Shown: positions 36,648-46,089, counted from the stretch's first letter. The stretch: 64,000 nt of DNA from an uncultured Verrucomicrobia subdivision 3 bacterium (GCA_903850425.1 CAINLR010000131.1:71642-135641), one strand, 5' to 3'. The notes: generated by a model from the sequence alone, not told the origin. Program-made: numbers and translations.

Positions 36648-36749
36648 TGGAAACATTCAACAACCAACATTGAACATTCAACGCCCAATGAATTCCACCG
36701 CGTCAGATCATTGAAGGTTCGGCGTTGAATGTTGAATGTTGAATATTTC
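36648..36749. repeat. AACATTCAAC-type hairpin element (intercistronic, HlyD/ATPase)
   Basis: The left arm GGAAACATTCAACAACCAACATTGAACATTCAACGCCCAATG is nearly identical to the arm at 35609. The right arm is TTCGGCGTTGAATGTTGAATGTTGAATATTTC. The element ends 1 nt before the HlyD stop codon. Confidence 0.8.
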
Positions 36750-36750
36750 A

Positions 36751-37707
36751 TTATTTCAATTCCACATCCACCGGCTGGCCGGGCCGAAATTCCGCCGCGT
36801 CGGCCGCCGAAAATTTCGCCTCGATCATGAACACCAGATTCGCCCGGGTCTCGCGGCTGAAGATCACCGGCGGCGTGTATTCGGCTTGGGTGGAAATATA
36901 ATTCACCGTGGCGCTCAAAGGATGCGCCGCCCCGTCGGGCTTGATGGAAACCGTGCCACCCACTTTGATCTGCGCCAGTTTTTCCTGCGGCACGAAGAAG
37001 CGGACTTTCAAATTTCCCGGCGGCAAGAGCACGACCACGGGATTTCCCGGCGCGACAAATTCGCCTTGGCGATACAGCGTGTCATGCACCGCCGCATCCG
37101 CTGGCGCGAATTGCTGTTTCTGGTCGAACGCCCACTTCGCCTTGTCCAGCGCGGCGCGCTGCGACTCGACGACGGCCTGCGCGGCGCGAATCACATCATC
37201 GCGTCCGCCGAGCTTCGCGGTCGCCAGATCCGCCGCAAGCTGGTTGACCTGCGCTTCGTTGGCGGCTTGCTGTGCGCGGGCTTGATCCAATTCTTCCTTG
37301 GAGCTCACGGCAGAACGGTCGAGTTTTTCGCGGCGCGCGAGCTGGGCGGCGGCTAATTTCAAATTCGCCTGGGCCCGCTCCAACTGCGCGGCGAGCGAAT
37401 CAATTTCCGTCGGGCGGCGGCCTTTCGTCAGGTCGTCGAGCTGCGCTTGCGCCTGCCACAGATTCTTCTCTGCCACCGCGAGCGCGGCCGCCTCCGACTG
37501 CCGCTCCAGTTCAAACAGCAATTGCCCGGCTTTGACGGCATCGCCGCGCGCGACGGCGAGATTCGTGAGCGCCCCGCCGAGCGGCGATGCGAGGTAAATG
37601 TATTCGCCCTCGATGTAACCTTGGAAGCCGCCCGGCGAATCCCCGGCGCAGCCGGCGAGCAGCACGGCGAGGAGCGAGCAGAAGATACCGTTCAAAAAGT
37701 TTTTCAT
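36751..37707 (-). CDS. HlyD-family periplasmic adaptor (lipoprotein)
   Basis: Lipobox from ATG 37707 (MKNFLNGIFCSLLAVLLAGC). Barrel-sandwich hybrid motif (YIYLASPLGGALTNLAVARGDAVKAGQLLFELE), a long coiled-coil region and a C-terminal beta-barrel. Confidence 0.85.
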   Translation of the reverse strand: MKNFLNGIFCSLLAVLLAGCAGDSPGGFQGYIEGEYIYLASPLGGALTNLAVARGDAVKAGQLLFELERQSEAAALAVAEKNLWQAQAQLDDLTKGRRPTEIDSLAAQLERAQANLKLAAAQLARREKLDRSAVSSKEELDQARAQQAANEAQVNQLAADLATAKLGGRDDVIRAAQAVVESQRAALDKAKWAFDQKQQFAPADAAVHDTLYRQGEFVAPGNPVVVLLPPGNLKVRFFVPQEKLAQIKVGGTVSIKPDGAAHPLSATVNYISTQAEYTPPVIFSRETRANLVFMIEAKFSAADAAEFRPGQPVDVELK

Positions 37708-37898
37708 GCGAACGTGGCCTGACGTTAGCACGCCGCCGCAAATTTACGAGTGAAAGGAATCTCCTGACACATGGTTTTCGGCGGGCGACGGTTCCGGCTG
37801 CAGCGATGTCGCCAGCATAGAGGTGTTCAGCACTAATTTGAGATTGGCAATCGCGCCAGCCTGCGTATCGTTAGTGGAACAAATTTTACAAAAACATC

Positions 37899-38903
37899 AT
37901 GGCCAAAAAATCAGCTCCGAAAATCACCGGCGGACCCGTCTCCCGCTTCATTCAGCATCACTACCGCCACTTCAACGCCGCGTCGCTCATTGATGCCGCG
38001 AAAGGTTACGTCGCCCATCTCGACCAGGGCGGCAAAATGATGATCACCCTCGGGGGTGCGATGAGCACCGCCGAACTCGGCCTCTCGCTCGCCGAAATGA
38101 TCCGTCAGGACAAGGTGCAATTGATCACCTGCACCGGGGCGAATTTGGAGGAGGATGTTTTTAACCTCGTCGCGCATGATTATTATGAACGCGTGCCGGG
38201 CTATCGCTCGCTGACGGCGGAAGATGAGCAGGCCTTGCTCAACCGCCACATGAATCGCGTGACGGACACCTGCATTCCCGAAGGCGAAGCCATGCGCCGC
38301 ATGGAAAAAGCCATGCTCGAAGTCTGGACCGACGCCGACAAGAAGGGCGAACGCTATTTTCCGCACGAATTTTTCTACAAGGTTTTACTCTCCGGCAAAT
38401 ACGAAAAATATTACCAGATTGATCCGAAAGATTCCTGGATGCTCGCCGCTGCGAAAAAAAATCTACCCATCGTCGTGCCCGGCTGGGAAGACGCCACGCT
38501 TGGCAATATGTATGCCGCCGCCGTCATCCGCGGCGACGTGAAGAACGTCCATACCGTCCGCACCGGCATCGAATACATGACGTGGCTCGCTGAGTTTTAC
38601 ACCAAGACGGCCACCAAGAAGAGCACGATCGGCATGTTCCAAATCGGCGGCGGCATCTCCGGCGATTTCCCGATCTGCGTGGTGCCGATGCTGCATCAGG
38701 ATTTGCTGCGCACCAGCGTGCCGCTGTGGGGTTACTTCTGCCAGATCAGCGACTCGACCACGAGCTACGGCAGCTATTCCGGCGCGGTGCCGAACGAAAA
38801 AATCACGTGGGGCAAACTTGGTGTGAAGACACCGAAATTCATCATCGAATCGGACGCCACGATTGTTGCGCCGCTGATTTTTGCCCACGTGCTGGGGTGG
38901 TAA
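37899..38903 (+). CDS. deoxyhypusine synthase family protein
   Basis: 334 aa. FNAASLIDAAKGYV..MMITLGGAMSTAELG..LITCTGANLEEDVFNLV is the bacterial DHS-like pattern as I recall it. Confidence 0.8.
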   Translation: MAKKSAPKITGGPVSRFIQHHYRHFNAASLIDAAKGYVAHLDQGGKMMITLGGAMSTAELGLSLAEMIRQDKVQLITCTGANLEEDVFNLVAHDYYERVPGYRSLTAEDEQALLNRHMNRVTDTCIPEGEAMRRMEKAMLEVWTDADKKGERYFPHEFFYKVLLSGKYEKYYQIDPKDSWMLAAAKKNLPIVVPGWEDATLGNMYAAAVIRGDVKNVHTVRTGIEYMTWLAEFYTKTATKKSTIGMFQIGGGISGDFPICVVPMLHQDLLRTSVPLWGYFCQISDSTTSYGSYSGAVPNEKITWGKLGVKTPKFIIESDATIVAPLIFAHVLGW

Positions 38904-38909
38904 ACGGCC

Positions 38910-39974
38910 ATGCCAGCCAACTATAAAATTGGCTCCACGCCAAAGCCGCGCGCGAAGAATGTAAGGCGCGGCAGGGTTTCTGCCGCAGCCTCATTGGTGT
39001 TGAAAGAACCCACGGCCAGTTACTTTGTCCGCAATAGTGAAGTTCCAGAATTTTTTGGCCAGGCTTTAACCAAGGGCGAAAAGTTGCCGTTGGATTTACC
39101 CGCAAAAAATTCCGAGCCACAGTTATTTTATTCGCATCCGCACGGCGAAATCTGGCTGGGCGATTCGATAGACTGGCTGCGTAGTCTCGAAACCGGTTCG
39201 GTTGACCTCGTTTTTGCTGATCCACCTTACAACATCAAGAAGGCGGAGTGGGACACGTTCGAATCGCAGCAGGAATATGTCGCGTGGTCGGTGCGCTGGA
39301 TTGAGCAGGCAGCGCGGGTCTTGAAACCGGAAGGGACGCTTTACGTTTGCGGGTTTTCGGAAATCTTGGCGGATCTGCGACTGCCCGCGTCACGATTTTT
39401 CAAAGGCTGCCGCTGGATCGTGTGGCATTACAAGAACAAGGCGAATTTAGGGGATGATTGGGGGCGTTCGCATGAAAGCATTTTGCATTTTCGTAAGAGC
39501 CGTGAGTTCACCTTCAACGTGGATGACGTGCGAATTCCTTACGGCGAACATACACTGAAATATCCGGCGCACCCACAAGCCGAGAGCAGCCAATATGGCA
39601 AGGCGGCGAATAAAGACCGCATCTGGCATCCACATCCGCGCGGCGCGAAGCCGAAGGATGTGCTGGAAATCCCAACGACTTGCAACGGGATGCATGAGAA
39701 GACTCCGCATCCGACACAGAAACCCGAGGAGTTGTTGCGTAAAATTGTGCTGGCCTCGTCCAGTCCCGGCGACGTGGTGGTTGATCCCTTTCTCGGTTCC
39801 GGCACAACGGCGGTGGTGGCGGAGCAGTTGCAGCGGCAGTGGAAGGGCTGCGATTTAAGCGCTGAATTTTGTCAGTATGCGGCGGATCGAATCGAGTTAG
39901 TCGAGGATTGGCCGGTTGAAAAGTGGCTGCGTTACGACGAGCAAAATGCCGAAAGGAGAAAGTCCATTCGATGA
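38910..39974 (+). CDS. beta-class DNA methyltransferase (N6-adenine or N4-cytosine)
   Basis: Motif IV DLVFADPPYNI lies upstream of motif I HPTQKPEELLRKIV..VVVDPFLGSGTTAVVA, which is the beta-class order. The ATG is 6 nt after the DHS stop. An in-frame TTG at 39084 would remove a basic 58-aa N-terminal extension. GC content is visibly lower than the flanks. Confidence 0.85.
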   Translation: MPANYKIGSTPKPRAKNVRRGRVSAAASLVLKEPTASYFVRNSEVPEFFGQALTKGEKLPLDLPAKNSEPQLFYSHPHGEIWLGDSIDWLRSLETGSVDLVFADPPYNIKKAEWDTFESQQEYVAWSVRWIEQAARVLKPEGTLYVCGFSEILADLRLPASRFFKGCRWIVWHYKNKANLGDDWGRSHESILHFRKSREFTFNVDDVRIPYGEHTLKYPAHPQAESSQYGKAANKDRIWHPHPRGAKPKDVLEIPTTCNGMHEKTPHPTQKPEELLRKIVLASSSPGDVVVDPFLGSGTTAVVAEQLQRQWKGCDLSAEFCQYAADRIELVEDWPVEKWLRYDEQNAERRKSIR

Positions 39975-40933
39975 GAAAGGCGACCTTGGGTGACTTGCAG
40001 GAAAGTTTGGCGGACAAGTCGGGCTTCAAACAACTGGCTGACTATGCGAAGTTCTGCTCGGCTTTTTTGGCGCTGCTGGAAATGGAACGGCCCACACGCA
40101 TCGTTTCCCCTTCGCCAGCCAATGAGCACTACGTCTTCTACCAATACGGCAAGGCCAATCGAAATAAAATCACCCGTCCGTTAAATACCCAGCTCTATTT
40201 TGAATCGCATGAGCAATTGTCCTCCGCGTTTGACCGCTTTATTCAATTTTTGGGTGATTTGAAAAAGCACAAGCAAGCCGCCGCCGAAGGCAAGGCGCGC
40301 AAGCAATATCTGGCAACGAATGAAATTAACCGGGTGGTTTATACCTTGCAGCAGTCGGTCGGCTGCGTCGGCGATTCATTCGAGAACGAAAATCAATCAC
40401 GCAAACGCATCGGCCAGCTTTTTGAGTCGTTGGTGAAACTCATCATCAAGGAAATCGGCGTGACCTGCGAACCGCGCGTGATCAACATTCCGATTCCGGG
40501 ATTTCCTGGTCGCGAAATGTCTTACGAGTTGGACGTGGTGTTCTCCCGCAACAAGGCCATCATCGCCTCTGAAACAAAGCACATCCACGCGGCGGAAGTG
40601 GTTGGTTCGGTAAAGACCACCAGCAAGGACCGGATAGACAAAGTCTTTCTCGACAAGTTTCTCCTGACCAAACTGCTGGGTCGCGACATTCCCGTGATCG
40701 CAATTTTTCTTCACGACGTTCAGAGGGCCAAACGCGGTCAAAGTATTTTTGGCATCAACTCCACTTTCAAGACCAACCACTTCCTTGGCTACACGGTTGC
40801 CTTGAACAAACTGGATGGCGTTTATTATGTTGATCCCCGTCCGGATATGCTGACCAACGAGCGATTGCGTGAGCAGATTCGCGACTTTCAAAGTTTTCTG
40901 GTGCGCGACTTGTGGACGCTCGCGCGTGAGTGA
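39971..40933 (+). CDS. putative type II restriction endonuclease (PD-(D/E)XK-like), partner of the methyltransferase
   Basis: The ATG overlaps the MTase stop (ATGA). AT-rich codon usage. Candidate catalytic pattern FESLV ... YELDVVF ... GSVKTTSKDR (E, D, SxK). No family is recognised by eye. Confidence 0.5.
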   Translation: MRKATLGDLQESLADKSGFKQLADYAKFCSAFLALLEMERPTRIVSPSPANEHYVFYQYGKANRNKITRPLNTQLYFESHEQLSSAFDRFIQFLGDLKKHKQAAAEGKARKQYLATNEINRVVYTLQQSVGCVGDSFENENQSRKRIGQLFESLVKLIIKEIGVTCEPRVINIPIPGFPGREMSYELDVVFSRNKAIIASETKHIHAAEVVGSVKTTSKDRIDKVFLDKFLLTKLLGRDIPVIAIFLHDVQRAKRGQSIFGINSTFKTNHFLGYTVALNKLDGVYYVDPRPDMLTNERLREQIRDFQSFLVRDLWTLARE

Positions 40934-40957
40934 ATAATTGCTGTAAATTTTTGAAAC

Positions 40958-41965
40958 ATGAAACCAAACGATTTTTCAGACGCGCGCGTGCTGGTCACCG
41001 GTGGCGCGGGCTTCATTGGCAGCGCGCTCGTCTGGGCGCTAAACCGGCGTGGCTGCGACAACATTGTCGTCTGCGACATCCTGGGCACGAACGAAAAATG
41101 GCGCAACCTCACGCCGCTGCGCTTCGCTGATTATGTCGAGGCCGAGTCGTTGCTGCCGCGTCTGCAAAGCGGCGCGCTGGGGAAATTTGATCTGGTGCTG
41201 CATCTCGGCGCGTGTTCCGCCACGACCGAGAAGGACGCGACGTATCTCATCAAGAATAATTACGAGTTCACCCGCGACCTCGCCGCCTGGTCGCTCGCGC
41301 AAAAAGCGCGGTTTGTTTATGCGTCGTCCGCCGCGACTTACGGCGACGGCTCGGCGGGCATGGAAGACGACGACACCAACCTCGATACGTTGCGCCCGCT
41401 GAACATGTATGGCTACTCGAAGCACCTGTTCGATCTGCACGCCAAGCGCGCCGGCTTTCTGAATAAAATTGTCGGCCTGAAATATTTCAACGTCTTTGGC
41501 CCGAACGAAGATCACAAGGGCGATATGCGGTCGCTCGTTCACAAAAGTTTCGCGCAAGTGCAAAGCAAGGGCGTCATCCAGTTGTTCAAGAGTTACCTCA
41601 AGGAATACAAGGACGGCGAACAGAAGCGCGATTTCCTCTACGTCAAAGACTGCGTCGCGATGACGCTGCACCTGGCCGCCACGCCGAAGGCCACGGGACT
41701 GTTCAACATCGGCAGCGGCGGCGCGCGGACTTGGATCGATTTATCGAATGCCGTTTTTACCGCGCTGAAAAAAAAGCCGGTTATCAAGTTCATCGAGATG
41801 CCGGAAGTGATTCGCGACAAGTATCAGTATTTTACCCAGGCCAATCTGCTCCGCTTGCGGGGCGCGGGTTACAGCGCGCCCGTCACGTCGCTGGAAAACG
41901 CCGTCTTCGACTACGTCCGCAAGTATCTTGTGCTGGACAAACGCCTGGACCCGTCGGTGGAATGA
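40958..41965 (+). CDS. hldD: ADP-L-glycero-D-manno-heptose 6-epimerase
   Basis: VLVTGGAGFIGSALVWALN, HLGACSATTE, YASSAATYGDG, LNMYGYSKHLFD, KYFNVFGPNEDHKGDMRS and FTQANLLRLRGAGY closely parallel E. coli HldD as I remember it. Confidence 0.9.
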   Translation: MKPNDFSDARVLVTGGAGFIGSALVWALNRRGCDNIVVCDILGTNEKWRNLTPLRFADYVEAESLLPRLQSGALGKFDLVLHLGACSATTEKDATYLIKNNYEFTRDLAAWSLAQKARFVYASSAATYGDGSAGMEDDDTNLDTLRPLNMYGYSKHLFDLHAKRAGFLNKIVGLKYFNVFGPNEDHKGDMRSLVHKSFAQVQSKGVIQLFKSYLKEYKDGEQKRDFLYVKDCVAMTLHLAATPKATGLFNIGSGGARTWIDLSNAVFTALKKKPVIKFIEMPEVIRDKYQYFTQANLLRLRGAGYSAPVTSLENAVFDYVRKYLVLDKRLDPSVE

Positions 41966-42008
41966 TTTCGCTGTAACGTCACCAGCCGTGGCGGGCGTCT
42001 GCTCTGCC

Positions 42009-44699
42009 ATGCTGTCTGAAATGAATAATCACCTTTTCAACCGCGCCAGCCTGGTGGCCTGCGCCTGTCTCAGTTGCCTCAATCTTTACGCGGACAACTT
42101 TCTGTCCACCACGGCACCGGTCGGCCGCGACGGCCGTGCGCTCATCACCCCCGCCAATCAAATCGTCACGCCCGCCGGCACTTTGATTGAGTTGCCGGGC
42201 ATGAGGCCGCAGGCGCTGGCATTGAGCCCGGATGGAAAAATTCTCGTCACCGCCGGGCTGACGCACGAACTCATGGTGCTCGATCCGGCGACCGGCCAAA
42301 CATTGCAGCGGGTGGCGTTTCCCTCGGACCAAGTTCAGGAACGCACAACGGCTTCCGCCGTCATTCTGGCCCCAGACGGCAAGGCGCAGTTGAGTTTCGC
42401 CGGGCTGGCGTTCTCGCCCGATGGCTCAAGGATTTATCTCTCCAACGTCAACGGCGACATCAAAGTTTTCAGGGTTGGCAGCAACAAAACGGTTTCACCG
42501 CTGGTTTCTTTTCCGCTGCCCTCAGACGCCGCGCCGTCGCGCAAAGAGGAAATTCCCGCCGGCATCGCGGTCTCGGCGGATGGTAAAAAAATCTACGTCG
42601 CGCTGAATCTCTCCAACCGGCTCATCGAACTGGATGCGGCCACGGGAAAAACGCTGCGGCTGTGGAATGTCGGCGTCGCGCCTTTCGACGTGGTGCTCGC
42701 CGGACCCAAAGCTTACGTCAGCAATTGGGGCGGCCGGCGGCCCGATGCCGGCAGTGTGACCGGACCGGCGGGACAGGGCACGCTTGTGCGCGTGGATAAG
42801 CGGAGCGTCGCCCACGAAGGCTCGGTGACGGTGATTGATCTGGCGCAACCGGCGGTGGCCGCCACGCAAAAGCAAATCATCCTCGGCCCACATGCGTGCG
42901 CGCTGGCCGTTTCGCCGAATGGAAAATTTGTCGTTGCCGCCAGCGCGGGCAGCGATTTGTTGAGCGTCATTGATGCGCGCTCGGATGAAGCCGTGGAGAC
43001 GATCAGCGCGCGGCAAAACCCGGGCGATTTGTTCGGCGCGCAGCCGGTGGCGCTGGCGTTTGATCGCGCCGGCAAAAAATTGTTCGTCGCCAACGCCACG
43101 CAGAACGCGGTGGCGGTTTTCCAATTTGATCCGCGCGCCTCCAAACTGCTGGGCTTGATCCCCGTCGGCTGGTTTCCCAGTGCGGTTGCTTTTGATGCCA
43201 GGCGCAATCAGCTTTGCGTCGCGAACCTCAAGGATATTGCCGTCAGCAACCAGAAGGCCAAATCCGGTGCCGGCGGCTTCGGTTTCAACACGCACCAATA
43301 TTGCGGCACGCTCTCGCTCGTGCCGGTTCCCTCAAAGACTGAACTCGCAGCAATGACGTCGAAAGCGCTGGCGAATCTCCGCTATCCGCTGCTCGCGCAG
43401 GCCAAGCTGCCGGCGCGCCTTGGCCGTTCGCCGGTGCCCGTGCCGGAGCGCGCCGGCGAGCCGAGCGTGTTCAAGCATGTCATTTATGTCCTCAAGGAAA
43501 ACCGCAGTTACGATCAGGTGCTGGGCGATGTCAGCCCCGGCAACGGCGACCCCAGCCTCTGCATTTTTGGCGAGCGCGTGACGCCCAACCAGCACCAGTT
43601 CGTCCGCGAATTTACCCTTCTGGACAACACCTATTGCTCAGGCATCCTGAGCGCGGACGGCCACCAGTGGGTTGACAGCGGCCTCGCCAATGATTACGTC
43701 GAGCGCGGATTTGCCAGTTGGCCGCGCAGCTATCCCTGCGGCGGCGAAGGCGAGAACGGTCGCGACGCGCTCGCGTATGCCGCGTCCGGCTTCATTTGGG
43801 ACGACGCGTTGGCGCACGGCAAAAGCGTCGTCAACTTCGGCGAGTTCACCACGTCGTTCAAGCATTGGAAAAATCCGTCGCAGAAAGGGCGAATTACTTT
43901 TACCAACGCCTATCAGGATTTCATCACCGGCGCGAACGCGATCACCTACTCCTGCGAACCCGACATCGAAGCCTTGCGACCACTCATGGTGACGAACTTC
44001 AGCGGCTGGGATCTGGCCGTGCCGGACGTCTGGCGCGCGGCCTTCTTCAATAAAGCGCTCAAGACCTACGCCCAGCACGACAACCTGCCAGCGCTCACGA
44101 TTCTCTGGCTGCCCAACGATCACACCAGCGGCACCGGCGCCGGCAAGCCCACGCCCGCCGCGCAGGTGGCCGACAACGATCTCGCCTTTGGCCAGGTGGT
44201 CGAGGCCGTGAGCCACAGCAAATTCTGGCAGGACACCTGCATCATTGCCGTCGAGGACGATCCGCAGAACGGCTGGGACCACGTCAGCGGCTACCGCACC
44301 ACCGCCTACGTCATCAGCGCCTACACGCGTCGCCACGCCGTCGTTAGCACGCAATACAACCAGACCAGTTTGCTGCGCACCATGGAACTGATGCTCGGCC
44401 TGCCGCCGATGAACCAGTTCGACGCCACCGCCACGCCGATGTTCGACTGTTTCACCGCCACGCCGGACTTCACCGCCTACGTGGCCGTGACGAACAACGT
44501 GCCGCTCGACGAATTGAATCCCGCGCCGAAGAAAATCGCCGACTCACAACAGCGCCGCGACGCCTATGTTTCCGCGCGCCTGCCGCTGGAACAGCCCGAC
44601 AAATGCAACGAAGATGTGCTCAACCGCATCCTCTGGCGCGCGATGATGGGCACCAAGCCGTATCCCGAATGGGCGGTGAGAATTGTGGATGAGGATTGA
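42009..44699 (+). CDS. exported YncE-like beta-propeller fused to phosphoesterase (PLC/AcpA-type) domain
   Basis: Start at ATG 42009 gives a signal-like N-terminus. The N-terminal half has repeated LSPDGK../FSPDGSRIYLSN/VSADGKKIYVA/VSPNGKFVVA propeller units. The C-terminal half starts with the phosphoesterase motif HVIYVLKENRSYDQVLGD and contains LPNDHTSG. Confidence 0.8.
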   Translation: MLSEMNNHLFNRASLVACACLSCLNLYADNFLSTTAPVGRDGRALITPANQIVTPAGTLIELPGMRPQALALSPDGKILVTAGLTHELMVLDPATGQTLQRVAFPSDQVQERTTASAVILAPDGKAQLSFAGLAFSPDGSRIYLSNVNGDIKVFRVGSNKTVSPLVSFPLPSDAAPSRKEEIPAGIAVSADGKKIYVALNLSNRLIELDAATGKTLRLWNVGVAPFDVVLAGPKAYVSNWGGRRPDAGSVTGPAGQGTLVRVDKRSVAHEGSVTVIDLAQPAVAATQKQIILGPHACALAVSPNGKFVVAASAGSDLLSVIDARSDEAVETISARQNPGDLFGAQPVALAFDRAGKKLFVANATQNAVAVFQFDPRASKLLGLIPVGWFPSAVAFDARRNQLCVANLKDIAVSNQKAKSGAGGFGFNTHQYCGTLSLVPVPSKTELAAMTSKALANLRYPLLAQAKLPARLGRSPVPVPERAGEPSVFKHVIYVLKENRSYDQVLGDVSPGNGDPSLCIFGERVTPNQHQFVREFTLLDNTYCSGILSADGHQWVDSGLANDYVERGFASWPRSYPCGGEGENGRDALAYAASGFIWDDALAHGKSVVNFGEFTTSFKHWKNPSQKGRITFTNAYQDFITGANAITYSCEPDIEALRPLMVTNFSGWDLAVPDVWRAAFFNKALKTYAQHDNLPALTILWLPNDHTSGTGAGKPTPAAQVADNDLAFGQVVEAVSHSKFWQDTCIIAVEDDPQNGWDHVSGYRTTAYVISAYTRRHAVVSTQYNQTSLLRTMELMLGLPPMNQFDATATPMFDCFTATPDFTAYVAVTNNVPLDELNPAPKKIADSQQRRDAYVSARLPLEQPDKCNEDVLNRILWRAMMGTKPYPEWAVRIVDED

Positions 44700-44798
44700 A
44701 GCCGGGAGAGAAAGTCAGGCGTTGGTGCCAATCAATATATTAGCCGCCGCCGGGCTGCCCGCTGCGGTTCAACGCCGGCAAAAGGCCCGCTGATAAGG

Positions 44799-45386
44799 CT
44801 ATTTCTTCGACCACCATTGGCAAACCTGGCCGGCCAGCCGCTGGGCGATGTCGGACGAAACCTCGAGGATCGCCGTCCCTTTGGCGTTGCCGGTGTCGCT
44901 CCCAATCACGGCGTCGGTCTTCGCATTGCGGAGTTGGATCTTCCAGGTGGTGTCGGTCTTCGTCGTAGTCACGATGCCTGTGACGAAGACGTCCGGGTCA
45001 ATCAGGTGGCCGCGGGGAATCCGCGTGGCGGGATCAAAGGCCGGGGAGTTCGAGAGCTCGATCTCTTCTACGATTTCAGCGCGGTGCTCCCACTCCACCA
45101 CGACCAGCTTGCAGGCGGTTTCGATGCTTACCAAATCGGTGCAGATCATGTCCGAAAGGCCCTTGCCAAGCTGGGGATTCGGCCCGGTCGCGGAAAATGC
45201 TTTGAAGGCCACGGCCGGACTGGTCCGCTTGGGTGGTGGGGGCGGCGCGGGGCGCGGCGCGGCGGAATGTGGTCGCTGCCCGGTGGTGGCCGGGATGCCA
45301 GTTCGGGAACGGCACAGCGTGCCGCTATCCATCCAATCGGATCCCAGATTGGAAACACAGACCGGACCAGGTTTCTTTTCAGCCAT
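44799..45386 (-). CDS. CsgG/LpoB-like domain protein lacking an obvious signal peptide
   Basis: GKGLSDMICTDLV..LVVVEWEHRAEIVEEIELSNSPAFDPATRIPRGHLIDPDVFVTGIVT resembles the CsgG-type pattern (G..DML.T.L..F.V.ER..L..E..LS.SG.VDP......G....ADY.V.G.VT). A Pro-rich linker precedes it. There is no hydrophobic N-terminus. Confidence 0.5.
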   Translation of the reverse strand: MAEKKPGPVCVSNLGSDWMDSGTLCRSRTGIPATTGQRPHSAAPRPAPPPPPKRTSPAVAFKAFSATGPNPQLGKGLSDMICTDLVSIETACKLVVVEWEHRAEIVEEIELSNSPAFDPATRIPRGHLIDPDVFVTGIVTTTKTDTTWKIQLRNAKTDAVIGSDTGNAKGTAILEVSSDIAQRLAGQVCQWWSKK

Positions 45387-46089
45387 AACAAAGTCAGGTT
45401 AAGCTAAACGCCGTCGAACCGATGGGAGCCAAGCTGCGCCAAGGCTTCGACTCACAATCATTGATTGCTATTTTTCCGGTCATCTTTGGCCGTCCAACCG
45501 GTGACAGTTTCAGCGCGATGCTCGGCGGTGCCTACATTTCCAACGCCAACCCTAAACTCGGCAAGCCGGCTCCACTCTGCGAATCATGGAACCACCGCCG
45601 AAGCAGCGGACCTTATTTTTTGTCAGCGGATCCTGGCCCACGATTGCGCTCTGGTGACATACTGCACAAATTGCAAAACGTCAATTCCGCCGAGCGGTCT
45701 TCATAGCGATCAGCCCCAGCAAGACCGGTGCGATGGGACGCGCAATCGGGTTGCGCCTGGTTTTTTCCAGCCGTCAAATCTCGCTGGCCACCCGGCTTCG
45801 TTACCATGGGTGAGCGGCGGACCCGACAGGCTGCAACCCTGCGTAAAAGGGGCTTGGTCCACGCCTTGACAAGCCCGCCAGTTGCGACCATGCTGGCCGC
45901 ACCCAAAATACCGAAGCTTCCGTTGCCGGATCAGCCGGCGCGGAGGACGACCCGTAACATCAAGCAAGCAGCGCCAAAAAATAATCCGACAACAAACATC
46001 TGGCTTGAGTCGATTTCGCCGCTTCAAGCCGCCCCCGCGCAACTCCGAATTGAATTCCAAGTCATTGCACCTCTAACTCCACAAAACCT

